Shown here piece after piece: positions 50,876-61,212 of a DNA stretch of 64,000 bases. The translations under genes were made by a program, and so were the position numbers. The notes beneath the pieces are model-generated. The model saw nothing but the letters and a program-made list of their open reading frames with translations. It was not told where the DNA came from and made no database searches. Within the stretch, counting starts at the first letter, position 1, and every line of letters begins with the position of its first letter. This stretch comes from an uncultured delta proteobacterium (GTDB taxonomy: Bacteria > Desulfobacterota > WTBG01 > CAIYCZ01). The DNA is taken from positions 38,426 through 102,425 of the forward strand of contig CAWDOY010000008.1 of NCBI GenBank assembly GCA_963803975.1. Reading direction: 5' to 3'.

Positions 50876-53170
50876 TCACACGGTAACTACTTTTCGCAGC
50901 TGGGCAATGTCAGACTGGCCGCACAGCACTTTCCATATACCGTCCTGCATGAGCGTTGTCATTCCTTCCCGGATAGCAAGTTCCCGGAGCTCACTGACGG
51001 AGGCTTTCTGTACAATCAGCTTTTTTACATCGGGTGTTGCCACCAGAAGCTCATGAATGCCGGTTCTGCCGCGGTATCCGGTAGTGCCGCATTTGTCACA
51101 TCCGGCCGGCCTGGCAAGCTGAATGTCGCCCATCGCTTTCAGCATCTCGTCAAACCGCTCCTGCGGCTCTCCATACATATGCCGCAGCTGCGCTATATCC
51201 TCATCAGAAGGTTTATACCGCTGCTTGCAGTCGCACAAGGTGCGCAGAAGGCGTTGCGCAAGTATTCCCAGCAGCGCATCCGCAAAGTCCATGGGGTCAA
51301 GCTCAAGGCCAAGCAGGCGGGTGATGGTTTCAGGTGCTGAGTTGGTATGCAGCGTTGAGAACACCAGGTGACCGGTCAGGGACGCCTCGACTCCGATGTG
51401 TGATGTCTCACGGTCGCGCATCTCCCCGATGAGGATTACATCCGGGTCAGCACGCAGAAAGGCGCGCATTGCTGCTGCAAAGTCAAAGCCGATTGCCGGC
51501 TGTACCTGCACCTGCTGCAGCCCGGGCTGGGTTATTTCCACGGGATCTTCCGCAGTCCAGATTTTAATATCCGGCGTGTTGATATGGCCAAGAATTGCAT
51601 GCAGGGTCGTCGTTTTGCCGGAACCGGTAGGGCCCACCACAAGGAAAATCCCGTGGGGGTGATCAATGATCCGCTTTGTTTCGCGCTCATTGCGTTCAGA
51701 AAAATTGAGCTTGTCAAAAGGCACCGCCGCCTCACCTGACGCGAGCAGGCGCAGCACCGCGCTCTCGCCGTCCACCGTAGGTATGACGGCAACGCGCAGC
51801 TCAACGGTCTTATTCTGAATTTTAACGCCGATTTTTCCGTCCTGGGGCTTGCGGCGCTCCGCGATATCAAGCCGCGACATGATTTTTATGCGTGAGATTA
51901 CCGCGCGGATATGCGTTGCCGGAATCTTTAAAATTTCGCGGCATTCGCCGTCAATGCGCATCCTCACCACGGCAGGCTCTTTGCCCTTGCGCGGCTCAAC
52001 ATGTATGTCAGATGCCTTGAACCGCGCTGCATCAGCAATAAGGCGGTTCACCAGCTGTACCACGGTTCCTTCATTTTCATTAATGTCCCCGGTATCGCCG
52101 ATAGCGCTCTCGCCGTCCCCCAGGCCCACTTCGCCCTCAAGCTTGCCGAGCAGCTCTTTGAGGTTTTTTTCCATGCCGGCGTGCTGGACTGTTGCCACTG
52201 CCTCGCCCAGGTAGCGCAGAATATCCTCGGGGATACCCACCCGGAAATCAAACCTGGTGGCGTGCTGCTCAAGGGTCTGATGAATTTCCATAATGCGCTT
52301 GATATCATTGGGGTCGTCAATGAGAATGGTCACCTGTTTTTCAGCAAAGGCCAGGGGCACCCAGAGCTGGCTGACGAGGTAGGATTTTTTCAGGTATTTC
52401 ATAATTTCGGCAGGCGGCTGGATTGACGGGTCATACTTTAAAAATGGCACCTGGTAGTAACGCTCAAGTGATTCGCCGATTTCTTCAGGGCTGAGCTTCA
52501 TTTCAGAGATAAGAAGCTGGGCCTGCGAAATTTTGTCTTTTACCGAGCGGTGCTTCAGTTCCTCAAGCTTTTCGATCGTTATCAGCTTGCGGTGCAAGAG
52601 ATAGTCAAACGGACTTTGTGTTGCCTGGAAATCATACTGGAACTTCTGGCCGATAACCTGGGCAAGCTCCGCTGCAACCTGCATCTCATAATCAGTGAAT
52701 GGTCCGTTGACATGGTTAATGATTTGCATGACGCCCAAAGGCGTTTCCCTGAATTTAATGGGGATGACAATCATCGAGCGGGTTTTATAGTGCGTCTGCT
52801 CATCAAAGCTGGAGTCATAATGCAGCTGGGGATGGATTTTTACCAACTCCTGCCGGTCATAGACATTGTTAATTATGACTGAGCGCTGGCTTAAGGCCAC
52901 AAAGCCGGCTATGGATGTGGGGCTTAAGGGGACTCTTATTTCTCTTATTTCATTGCCGGTTTTATATGTTGAGACGATTTCAGTGTCGCGCCGGTTGCGC
53001 CGATAAACGGTCAGGCGCTCTGCCCTGAGCAGAGCAAGCATCTCTTTTTCCACATAGGGAAGCACTTTGACAAAGCTTTCGGCTTCATGGATGGTCTTGG
53101 TAAGCTCATAGAGCCTGGCCTGATACTCAGGGGAAAGTTGTGCTCCACTTGGAGTGCCGTCGTCTTCCAT
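50876..53170 (-). CDS. GAF domain-GspE/PilB family ATPase
   Basis: N-terminal GAF (SIAGFVA, YKTRSMIVIP); ASDIHVEP, PQDG, GPTGSGKTT, EDPVE, GEMRD, CDKC. Confidence 0.92.
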   Translation of the reverse strand: MEDDGTPSGAQLSPEYQARLYELTKTIHEAESFVKVLPYVEKEMLALLRAERLTVYRRNRRDTEIVSTYKTGNEIREIRVPLSPTSIAGFVALSQRSVIINNVYDRQELVKIHPQLHYDSSFDEQTHYKTRSMIVIPIKFRETPLGVMQIINHVNGPFTDYEMQVAAELAQVIGQKFQYDFQATQSPFDYLLHRKLITIEKLEELKHRSVKDKISQAQLLISEMKLSPEEIGESLERYYQVPFLKYDPSIQPPAEIMKYLKKSYLVSQLWVPLAFAEKQVTILIDDPNDIKRIMEIHQTLEQHATRFDFRVGIPEDILRYLGEAVATVQHAGMEKNLKELLGKLEGEVGLGDGESAIGDTGDINENEGTVVQLVNRLIADAARFKASDIHVEPRKGKEPAVVRMRIDGECREILKIPATHIRAVISRIKIMSRLDIAERRKPQDGKIGVKIQNKTVELRVAVIPTVDGESAVLRLLASGEAAVPFDKLNFSERNERETKRIIDHPHGIFLVVGPTGSGKTTTLHAILGHINTPDIKIWTAEDPVEITQPGLQQVQVQPAIGFDFAAAMRAFLRADPDVILIGEMRDRETSHIGVEASLTGHLVFSTLHTNSAPETITRLLGLELDPMDFADALLGILAQRLLRTLCDCKQRYKPSDEDIAQLRHMYGEPQERFDEMLKAMGDIQLARPAGCDKCGTTGYRGRTGIHELLVATPDVKKLIVQKASVSELRELAIREGMTTLMQDGIWKVLCGQSDIAQLRKVVTV

Positions 53171-53218
53171 CTTTTTTCCTTGTAAATGTTATGCGATTGA
53201 AACGATAGATAATATTTT

Positions 53219-54508
53219 TCAGTACCGGCACTCCTCATGCGTGGTGCCGGTATAGCCGAAGATGCGCTTGAAGCGCTCGATGTCCTGTTGCTCGCCGATT
53301 GCCTTTGCCAGGTTATCGCTCAGCTTTACGGTGGCGTGGCCGCAGGCTTCCACCACCTTTACCACCAGCGACAGCGCGCCGAATCCTAAATCGTTGGTCA
53401 GGTTGGTGCCCCAGCCGAAGGCGCATTTGATCCTGCCCGCGAAATGCTCTGCGAGCCGGCAGATGGTTTCAATATCAAGCCCGTCGCTGAAAACAATCAT
53501 TTTCTCTTGCGGGTCGATGCCAAGGCTCTGATAAAATTTAATGGCCTTCTCCCCAAACGCAATCGGGTCTCCTGAATCCTGACGCAGGCCCTTCCAGTTG
53601 CGCGCCTGCTCTTGCGTCATGTCCCTGAAAAAGAAATCAGTACTGTAGGTATCAGTAAGGGCAATGGAGAGGCCGGCGCCGTAGTATTCCCACCAGTCCT
53701 CAAGCACCCGGTTGTGCGATGTATATATCATCGCTTCATCTTCGTGCATGATGCCTGACATGACCATGAACATTTCATGGGCCATGGTGCCGATGGGCGT
53801 CAAACCGTATTTGCAGGCTAATGAGACATTGGAGGTCCCGGTAAAACTGGTCTGCGGCAGCTCTGCGCAGAGCCTGCTCACCACCAGATCGTGCCACTCG
53901 CGGGAGAACCGCCGCCGCGTGCCGAAATCAGAAAAGCTGATGAGCGGGTTTGCTTTCACCAGGGATATTTTCCGGTCCAGCCGCTGCAACCCTTCGGCAA
54001 ATACCTCTCTCTTTCCGTTGTAGTGAAAGCGCGCGAGCAGCGAGCGGTAATAGAGCTCATTCAGAACGGATAAAATAAATATCTCCCAGTAGATTGCTTC
54101 GCTCCAGTTACCGGCAACACTGACATCAAAGTTGTTTTCGGTGACAATGATGGTATAGTCAGGAAGGCGCATGCCCCGAAGAAACTCGATGTAGCGCTCG
54201 CTGAAAAGCGGCTTACCTGAACCCTGCAGGCCGCGCAAATACGCGGCCTCTGCTGCACTCAGGCGCAAGCTTCGGACATGGTCGAGCTCTCTGCGAAAAT
54301 CTTCCTCATGTATATGATGGGCGAGAAAAACATTGGAGGTGCGGTTCTTGAAGGAATACTTTACCGGCACGTCGGGGTACTTTTCAAAAATAAGCTGCCC
54401 CATGGTGAGCTTGTAGAAATCAGTATCCAGTAAAGAGGTAATGATATAGTCAGGATTTGCAGATCGTTCCCGATTGATTGTCTTCTGTCCGGCATCTGAA
54501 GCAGTCAT
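53219..54508 (-). CDS. pncB: nicotinate phosphoribosyltransferase
   Basis: SLLDTDFYK, DFGTRRR, GTMAHE, RQDSGDP, FSDGL. Confidence 0.95.
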   Translation of the reverse strand: MTASDAGQKTINRERSANPDYIITSLLDTDFYKLTMGQLIFEKYPDVPVKYSFKNRTSNVFLAHHIHEEDFRRELDHVRSLRLSAAEAAYLRGLQGSGKPLFSERYIEFLRGMRLPDYTIIVTENNFDVSVAGNWSEAIYWEIFILSVLNELYYRSLLARFHYNGKREVFAEGLQRLDRKISLVKANPLISFSDFGTRRRFSREWHDLVVSRLCAELPQTSFTGTSNVSLACKYGLTPIGTMAHEMFMVMSGIMHEDEAMIYTSHNRVLEDWWEYYGAGLSIALTDTYSTDFFFRDMTQEQARNWKGLRQDSGDPIAFGEKAIKFYQSLGIDPQEKMIVFSDGLDIETICRLAEHFAGRIKCAFGWGTNLTNDLGFGALSLVVKVVEACGHATVKLSDNLAKAIGEQQDIERFKRIFGYTGTTHEECRY

Positions 54509-55012
54509 TGGAATATCCCTGCAGTGCCCGCCCTATTGTATAATTTAACCACAGAGTTCAATCGCTGTCAGCTATCAGCGTTCAGCCGTCTGCATTCTAA
54601 TACATGTCCAGACTGTCTGATCTCAAGATTAATCTTGCATCCCTGTTGAGGCCACAGAGCATCTCTCTATGGCCTCTGTGGATTCTTCGTGGCGACTGTT
54701 TAGTATCCTCTTAGCATGTCTGCCGGGAGTTGTAAATCAATTACAGGATTGCTTACGGCAAACAAGATGATTGCAAAGATTTGCAAGGTGAGGTATATTC
54801 ATTCAGAGTTTAGGAGTGAGGAGTTAAGGAGTTCAGAGTTTAGGGATACAGGTGTTGAGGAGTCGTGGAGCTTAACGTTTTCTCTTAGCAGAAAATTAAA
54901 ACTCTGCGCTCTCTGCCATTCGGCCCCGAGCCTTTCGGCAACGAGCTCATGGCCGAGGGGCGATCTCCGCGGTAAATTTTTTTAATTCGAACTTTAGAGG
55001 AGGTTTTATTGT

Positions 55013-56113
55013 ATGGCAATCATTGATTTTGGCGGTGTGAAGGAAAATATTGTGACGCGGAAAGAGTTTCCCATGGCAAAGGCGCGCAGCGTACTGAAGA
55101 ACGAAACCATTGCCGTGATCGGATACGGCGTGCAGGGGCCCGCGCAGTCGCTGAACATGCGGGACAACGGGTTCAACGTGATCGTCGGCCAGTCGAAGGC
55201 CTTCAAGAAGGACTGGGACCGCGCGGTTGCCGACGGCTGGAAGCCCGGCAAAACCCTGTTTGATATCGAGGAGGCTGCGAAGCGCGGCACCATTATCGAG
55301 ATGCTGGTATCTGACGCTGCCCAGCGGACAATCTGGCCGGTTATCAAAAAGCAGCTCACCCCGGGCAAGGCGCTGTTCTTCTCCCACGGCTTTTCCATCG
55401 TGTATAAAAGCCAGACCAAAGTCATCCCGCCGAAAAACGTGGATGTGATCCTGGTCGCACCCAAGGGTTCCGGCACGTCGCTGCGCCGCAATTTCCTCTC
55501 CGGCGCCGGCATCAATGCAAGCTTTGCCGTTGAGCAGGACACAACCGGCAGGGCGCGCGAGCGCTGCATCGCCCTGGGCATCGCCATTGGCGCAGGATAT
55601 CTCTTCCCCACCACCTTCAGGAATGAAGTGTACAGCGATTTGAGCGGTGAGCGCGGGGTGCTGATGGGCGCTCTGGCAGGCATCATGGAAGCACAGTATG
55701 ACACCTTCCGCAAGCACGGCCACTCTCCCAGCGAAGCATTCAATGAGACCGTTGAAGAGCTGACCGAGAGCCTGATCAAGCTGGTCGCGGAAAATGGCAT
55801 GGACTGGATGTATCTCAACTGCTCAGCCACTGCCCAGCGCGGCGCCCTTGACTGGAAGCCGAAATTTAAAAAAGCGGTCATGCCGGTATTCCAGGATCTG
55901 TACAAGCGGGTGGTGACCGGAGCTGAAACCAAACGCGTGCTCACCTCATGCAGCAAGGCCAACTACCAGGACCAGCTGAAAAAGGAGCTCGATGCCATGG
56001 CCAATTCTGAAATGTGGCGTGCCGGTAAGGCAACGCGCGACCTTCGGCCCAAGGAGCCGGCAAAAAAAATCTCAAGTGCGACCAAGGGTCTGGCAGGAAG
56101 AAAAACTTATTAA
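55013..56113 (+). CDS. ilvC: ketol-acid reductoisomerase
   Basis: IGYGVQG, FSHGF, VAPKG, SDLSGERG, NCSATA. Confidence 0.95.
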   Translation: MAIIDFGGVKENIVTRKEFPMAKARSVLKNETIAVIGYGVQGPAQSLNMRDNGFNVIVGQSKAFKKDWDRAVADGWKPGKTLFDIEEAAKRGTIIEMLVSDAAQRTIWPVIKKQLTPGKALFFSHGFSIVYKSQTKVIPPKNVDVILVAPKGSGTSLRRNFLSGAGINASFAVEQDTTGRARERCIALGIAIGAGYLFPTTFRNEVYSDLSGERGVLMGALAGIMEAQYDTFRKHGHSPSEAFNETVEELTESLIKLVAENGMDWMYLNCSATAQRGALDWKPKFKKAVMPVFQDLYKRVVTGAETKRVLTSCSKANYQDQLKKELDAMANSEMWRAGKATRDLRPKEPAKKISSATKGLAGRKTY

Positions 56114-56132
56114 TAGTTTCTAAGTTAAAAAG

Positions 56133-56173
56133 AAAAGGCGCGGTTCCGAAAGAATTCGGGACTGCGCCTTTTT
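56133..56173. terminator. intrinsic terminator
   Basis: AAAAGGCGCGGTTCCGAA..TTCGGGACTGCGCCTTTTT. Confidence 0.75.
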
Positions 56174-56288
56174 AATAATACTATATAGTCTTCACCCTCC
56201 TCTTAATCCCCTCCCTTCAAGGGTGGGGAATTTTTTTACATTCCCTCTCGCCTCTTATCGGAGAAAAACCGGTTTGCCCGGCGCCTGC

Positions 56289-56355
56289 CGCGATGAAGGA
56301 TGAGGGCAATCCCGACCATGTCGGGACAGACGGGGGTTTTTCAGCAGCCTGCTAA
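56289..56355 (+). repeat. right half of a MITE-like element
   Basis: GATGAAGGATGAGGGCAA..TTTTTCAGCAGCCTG|CTAA. Confidence 0.5.
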
Positions 56356-56846
56356 AGCCCTGCCTTTTTCTTTACATAATTCATCAGCCCGCCTTCTTTT
56401 AAAAGCACCTGCATAAATTCCGGCACTGGCTGGGCGTTAAGCTTTTTGCCGTCTTTAAGAATGCGGATTTCCCCGCTGCCAAGCGACACCGCCACTTCAT
56501 CTCCCTCGCCAATGCTGTCAAAAGCCTCCGGGCATTCCAGTATGGGAAGGCCGGTGTTGAACGAGTTGCGGTAGAAGATGCGGGCAAAGCTTTTTGCGAT
56601 AACACAGGCAACGCCGGCAGCTTTTATGGCAATGGGCGCATGCTCGCGTGAAGACCCGCAGCCAAAGTTTGCGCCGGCAACAATGATATCACCCGCTTTC
56701 ACCTTAGCCGGGAAAGACGGGGAAGCATCCTCCATGCAGTGCTTTGCCAGCTCTGCCGGGTCTGATGTGTTCAGGTACCGCGCGGGAATAATCGCGTCAG
56801 TATCAACGTTGTCGCCAAACTTCCAGATTTTTCCTTTGAGTTCCAT
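56352..56846 (-). CDS. leuD: 3-isopropylmalate dehydratase small subunit
   Basis: [27 protein letters not shown]. Confidence 0.96.
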   Translation of the reverse strand: MELKGKIWKFGDNVDTDAIIPARYLNTSDPAELAKHCMEDASPSFPAKVKAGDIIVAGANFGCGSSREHAPIAIKAAGVACVIAKSFARIFYRNSFNTGLPILECPEAFDSIGEGDEVAVSLGSGEIRILKDGKKLNAQPVPEFMQVLLKEGGLMNYVKKKAGL

Positions 56847-56914
56847 TATCTGAGCCTGTTAAAAATATTCCTCCCCTGGCGGGAGGAATTGATTGAGAAT
56901 ATCATCTATTGAAC

Positions 56915-58174
56915 TTACAGCTCCTCCGGCGATCCGATGCGCCCCAGCACTGCTGATGCTGCGGCAATGGCAGGATTGGCCAGATACACGTTACTTTCCG
57001 GGTGGCCCATTCTGCCGACAAAGTTTCTGTTGGTGGTGGCAATGGCTGTTTCACCCTTTGCCAGGATGCCCATGTGCCCGCCCAGACAGGGCCCGCAGGT
57101 GGGGGTGCTGACAGCAGCGCGCGCTTCAAGAAAAATTTCCAGCAGCCCTTCTTGCAGCGCCTGCTTGTAAATTGCCTGGGTTGCGGGGATAATGATGAGC
57201 CGCACGCCGGGTGCAGCTTTTTTACCTTTCAGCACGCGGGCAGCAACCCGCAGGTCTTCGATGCGGCCGTTGGTGCAGGAACCGATGACCGACTGGTTGA
57301 TCGGGACCGTTCCAACCCTGCTGATGGGGTGGGTGTTTGCCGGTGAATGGGGAAAAGAAACCTGGGGCTCAATCCTGCTCACATCATATTCCCGCATTCC
57401 GGCATAATGAGCATCAGGGTCGCTCTCATACACGGTGAACTGCCTGCTTGACCGTGCCCGCACATATTCAAGCGTTTTTGTATCAGGATGAAAGATACCG
57501 CATTTGCCGCCCGCCTCGATTGCCATGTTGGCCATGGTCAGGCGTCCCTCAAGGGAGAGGTCATCAATAACAGGACCGGCAAATTCCATTGCCTTGTAGC
57601 GCGCGCCTTCAACGCCGATGTCGCCGATGGTGTGGAGTATCAGGTCTTTTCCGCTCACCCAGGGCTGAAGTGCACCCGTGAAGACAAATTTTATGGTTTC
57701 CGGAACCTTAAACCAGGCAGTGCCGGTAATCATGGCAGCAGCCGCATCAGTGCTTCCCACTCCTGTAGCAAAGGCTCCCAGAGCCCCGTAGGTGCAGGTG
57801 TGGCTGTCAGCACCGATTACAACGTCTCCCGGCACCACCAGCCCTTTCTCCGGAAGCAGGGCATGCTCAATCCCCATCTCGCCTATCTCAAAGTAGTATT
57901 TCAGGTTCTGTTCTGCGGCAAACTCACGTAAAATTCGGCACTGCTCGGCTGAAGCGATGTCCTTGTTGGGGGTGAAGTGATCGGGAACAAGAACGATCTT
58001 CTCCCGGTCAAAGACCTTCTTAGCCCCTGCCTCCCGGAACTCGCGTATTGCAATGGGTGCCGTGATGTCGTTTGCCAGCACCAGGTCAACCTGCGCTTCA
58101 ATGAGCTGTCCCGGCGTTACGGAATCAAGCCGCGCATGTTTTGCCAGAATCTTTTCAACAGTGGTCATGCCCAT
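56915..58174 (-). CDS. leuC: 3-isopropylmalate dehydratase large subunit
   Basis: GADSHT, GSCTNGR, CGPCLG, TNRNF. Confidence 0.96.
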   Translation of the reverse strand: MGMTTVEKILAKHARLDSVTPGQLIEAQVDLVLANDITAPIAIREFREAGAKKVFDREKIVLVPDHFTPNKDIASAEQCRILREFAAEQNLKYYFEIGEMGIEHALLPEKGLVVPGDVVIGADSHTCTYGALGAFATGVGSTDAAAAMITGTAWFKVPETIKFVFTGALQPWVSGKDLILHTIGDIGVEGARYKAMEFAGPVIDDLSLEGRLTMANMAIEAGGKCGIFHPDTKTLEYVRARSSRQFTVYESDPDAHYAGMREYDVSRIEPQVSFPHSPANTHPISRVGTVPINQSVIGSCTNGRIEDLRVAARVLKGKKAAPGVRLIIIPATQAIYKQALQEGLLEIFLEARAAVSTPTCGPCLGGHMGILAKGETAIATTNRNFVGRMGHPESNVYLANPAIAAASAVLGRIGSPEEL

Positions 58175-58299
58175 GATGTAATCTCTCTAAATTAATAGCC
58201 CCGCGTATTAAGCGGGGCGTTTGGGTATAATGTCAAAAGCCGAAATTCAAATTCCAAATAAAAACTGTTTGTACTTTGGTCAATTTGACCTTTGGCCTT

Positions 58300-59853
58300 T
58301 TATCGATACATCCCTTTAACCGACCGGCACTTGATATGCTCAAGCCGGTTCAGCGCGTTCACATAGGCCAGAACGCTGGCCATGATAATATCGGTGTGCG
58401 AGCCCTGCCCCACCACAATGCAGCCGTCCTCCTCAAGCCGCACCGACACCTCACCCTGAGCATCAGTGCCGCCGGTAATCGAGTTAACCGCATATTTGAG
58501 CAGCCTGCTTTTGGTCCCGGTGACCTTGGCAATGGTTTTAAACGCTGCATCCACCGGCCCGTCGCCAAAGCCCACATCCTTGATAATTTTTCCATCAACG
58601 TCCATTTCAACGGTAGCTGCCGGGATGGCACCGGTGCCGCTCATCACGTTCATATTGATAAGCTTATATTTATCCGGCGCCCGGAAGGCAACTTCGGTAA
58701 TGATCGCCTCTATGTCTTCGTCGTAGATCTCTTTTTTCTTGTCCGCGAGCTCTTTAAACCGCTCGAAGGCAATCTTCAGCTCATCTTTGCTGAGATTATA
58801 TCCGAGCTCTGCCGCTCGCGCCATAAACGCGTGGCTGCCTGAATGCTTGCCGATGACGAGCGCGCTTTTCGCGAGACCGATAGATGCCGGGGTCATAATT
58901 TCATAGGTTATCTTTTCCTTGAGCAGCCCGTCCTGATGTATTCCTGATTCATGAGCAAAGGCATTGGCGCCGACGACTGCCTTGTTGGGCTGCACCGTCA
59001 CGCCGGTAATGGAGGTAATGAGCCTGCTGGTGGTATAAATCTTTTCCGTTACAATCCGCGAATCTACCGGAAAAAGATCCCGGCGGGTTCTGAGAATCAT
59101 CACGATCTCTTCCATGGCAGCGTTGCCTGCCCGCTCGCCGATGCCGTTTATGGTGCACTCCACCTGCCGCGCGCCATTGGCTACCGCGCTCAGCGAATTT
59201 GCCACCGCCAGGCCCAGGTCATTGTGGCAGTGCACGCTGATAACCGCCTGAGCAATGTTCGGCACATGCGCCCTGATATAGCGGATCAGGGCGCCGAATT
59301 CATCGGGCACTGCATAGCCTACGGTGTCAGGAATATTTACGGTTATTGCTCCGGCATCGATTGCTTCCGCAAGAACTGCGCACAGGTAATCCCGGTCAGT
59401 CCGCGTGGCATCCATGGCAGAGAACTCCACGTTGGGCGTATATTTCCTGGCGCGCTTCACCGATTTCACGGCCAGCGTCAGCACCTCATCACGGGTTTTT
59501 CTGAGCTGATACTTGAGATGGATGTCAGAGGTTGAGATAAAGGTGTGGATGCGTGGATATTTTGCCCCCTTGATGGCATCCCAGGCAACATCGATATCCC
59601 GGTCATTGGCACGGGCCAGGCCCGCCACTTCGCTTTTTTTAATGGTGCGGGCGATTTCCCGGACCGCTGAAAAATCACCCGGTGAGGCGACCGGAAATCC
59701 GGCCTCGATTATATCCACGCCCAGGGTTTCAAGCTGCCGCGCCACCCGCAGCTTTTCCTGGATGTTCATGGTGTTGCCCGGGGACTGCTCCCCATCCCGG
59801 AGGGTAGTATCGAATATTTTTATATGCTCAATGTTTGATCTTTTGCCAGCCAT
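58300..59853 (-). CDS. leuA: 2-isopropylmalate synthase
   Basis: DTTLRDGEQ, HCHNDLG, GERAGN, HESGIHQ, regulatory domain. Confidence 0.97.
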   Translation of the reverse strand: MAGKRSNIEHIKIFDTTLRDGEQSPGNTMNIQEKLRVARQLETLGVDIIEAGFPVASPGDFSAVREIARTIKKSEVAGLARANDRDIDVAWDAIKGAKYPRIHTFISTSDIHLKYQLRKTRDEVLTLAVKSVKRARKYTPNVEFSAMDATRTDRDYLCAVLAEAIDAGAITVNIPDTVGYAVPDEFGALIRYIRAHVPNIAQAVISVHCHNDLGLAVANSLSAVANGARQVECTINGIGERAGNAAMEEIVMILRTRRDLFPVDSRIVTEKIYTTSRLITSITGVTVQPNKAVVGANAFAHESGIHQDGLLKEKITYEIMTPASIGLAKSALVIGKHSGSHAFMARAAELGYNLSKDELKIAFERFKELADKKKEIYDEDIEAIITEVAFRAPDKYKLINMNVMSGTGAIPAATVEMDVDGKIIKDVGFGDGPVDAAFKTIAKVTGTKSRLLKYAVNSITGGTDAQGEVSVRLEEDGCIVVGQGSHTDIIMASVLAYVNALNRLEHIKCRSVKGMYR

Positions 59854-60664
59854 GTTTGGTCTCTACCCGTGTTTGCGCGCTTTCACCCGGCGCCGCCTCT
59901 GCAGTCTGTCTCTTTTTAAACATATGCACCATCTGAGTAGTCGGCCCGGATAACACATAGGCAAAACAGAGTGAAAAGAGCATTATCTGCGGCGCCGAAA
60001 CAATAAAAAAGATCAGCAGCAGCACCACGATCACCGCGTTAAACGGCTTTCTGCGCGCCAGCTGCAAATCCTTGAAGCTGTTGAATTTAACCGTGCTTAC
60101 CATAAGGAAGGCAAGCAGGTAGGCGATTATAAGAAGCGGTATCTGCACCATTTGCGGCTCGATGCCAACGTGGGAAAGGAAGATGATTACCGTGGCAACC
60201 AGGCCGGCAGCCGCGGGAATAGGCAGCCCCTGAAAATATTTGCTCTCCACGGTATTTACCTGCACGTTAAAGCGTGCCAGCCTGATGGCGCCGCACGCGA
60301 CATACAGGAACCCTGCCAGCCATCCCCATCTGCCCAGGGGCCGAAATGCCCACCAGTACAGGAGAATGCCCGGTGCCACGCCGAAGGCGATAACATCGGA
60401 CAGCGAGTCATACTCCACGCCGAACTTGGTGGTGGAATGGGTGAGGCGCGCAACCCGGCCGTCCAGGCCGTCAAATATGCCCGATACCAGAATCGCCCAG
60501 GCAGCATTGGTGAAATCCCCGTTGAGCGTCGCGATAAGAGAATAGACTCCCGCCAGCAGGCTCAGGGACGTCAGAAGGCTCGGCAGAACATAGATGCCTT
60601 TTTTAATGTTAGTCATGCGGGGCAGGTCTCCGCCCTCGCCTTTTCGTGCAAATCGCGGCTTCAT
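59828..60664 (-). CDS. pssA: CDP-diacylglycerol--serine O-phosphatidyltransferase
   Basis: DGLDGRVAR, DSLSDVIAFGVAP, RLARFN, GLPIP. Confidence 0.93.
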   Translation of the reverse strand: MKPRFARKGEGGDLPRMTNIKKGIYVLPSLLTSLSLLAGVYSLIATLNGDFTNAAWAILVSGIFDGLDGRVARLTHSTTKFGVEYDSLSDVIAFGVAPGILLYWWAFRPLGRWGWLAGFLYVACGAIRLARFNVQVNTVESKYFQGLPIPAAAGLVATVIIFLSHVGIEPQMVQIPLLIIAYLLAFLMVSTVKFNSFKDLQLARRKPFNAVIVVLLLIFFIVSAPQIMLFSLCFAYVLSGPTTQMVHMFKKRQTAEAAPGESAQTRVETKHGWQKIKH

Positions 60665-60687
60665 ATATATATGCCCGGGATTTCCGT

Positions 60688-61179
60688 TTATGTTTTTCGT
60701 TCTTTGCTTTCGCGCTGCAGCGCGGCTTTGCCGGTGCGCGCAATCTCTTTTATGCCCAGCGGCTTGAACAGCTCGATAATGGCTTTGATTTTATCTTCGT
60801 CACCGGTTACTTCGATAGTATAATAATGCGGACTGATGTCAACCACTTTGCCGCGGAAAATATCGGCAATGGAGAGCACCTCGGAGCGCCGCGCTTCATC
60901 AACGTTCACCTTGATAAGCGCCATCTCCCGGCCCACGTAGTCGCTCGTCTCAAGATCGATCACTTTAATGATATCAATCAGCTTGTTGAGCTGCTTCATG
61001 ATCTGCTCGATGAGCTGGTCATCGCCGCGGGTCACCAGGGTCATCTGCGACATGGTGGGGTCAAGTGTTTCATTGACCGAGAGGCATTCGATATTGAATC
61101 CTCTGCCGCTGAACAGGCCGGCAATGCGGGCCAGCACTCCCGGCTTATTATCGACTAAAACTGAAATGGTATGGCGCAT
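60688..61179 (-). CDS. ilvN: acetolactate synthase small subunit
   Basis: VDNKPGVLARI..FSGRGFNI, EIARTG. Confidence 0.96.
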   Translation of the reverse strand: MRHTISVLVDNKPGVLARIAGLFSGRGFNIECLSVNETLDPTMSQMTLVTRGDDQLIEQIMKQLNKLIDIIKVIDLETSDYVGREMALIKVNVDEARRSEVLSIADIFRGKVVDISPHYYTIEVTGDEDKIKAIIELFKPLGIKEIARTGKAALQRESKERKT

Positions 61180-61212
61180 AGTTCACCTTCCCTGTGAGCT
61201 TGCAGCGTCGTG

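Noticed and set aside
54947..55962. Long minus-strand ORFs (258 and 318 aa)
   Set aside because: Antisense shadows of ilvC; the same applies to most overlapping ORFs in the track
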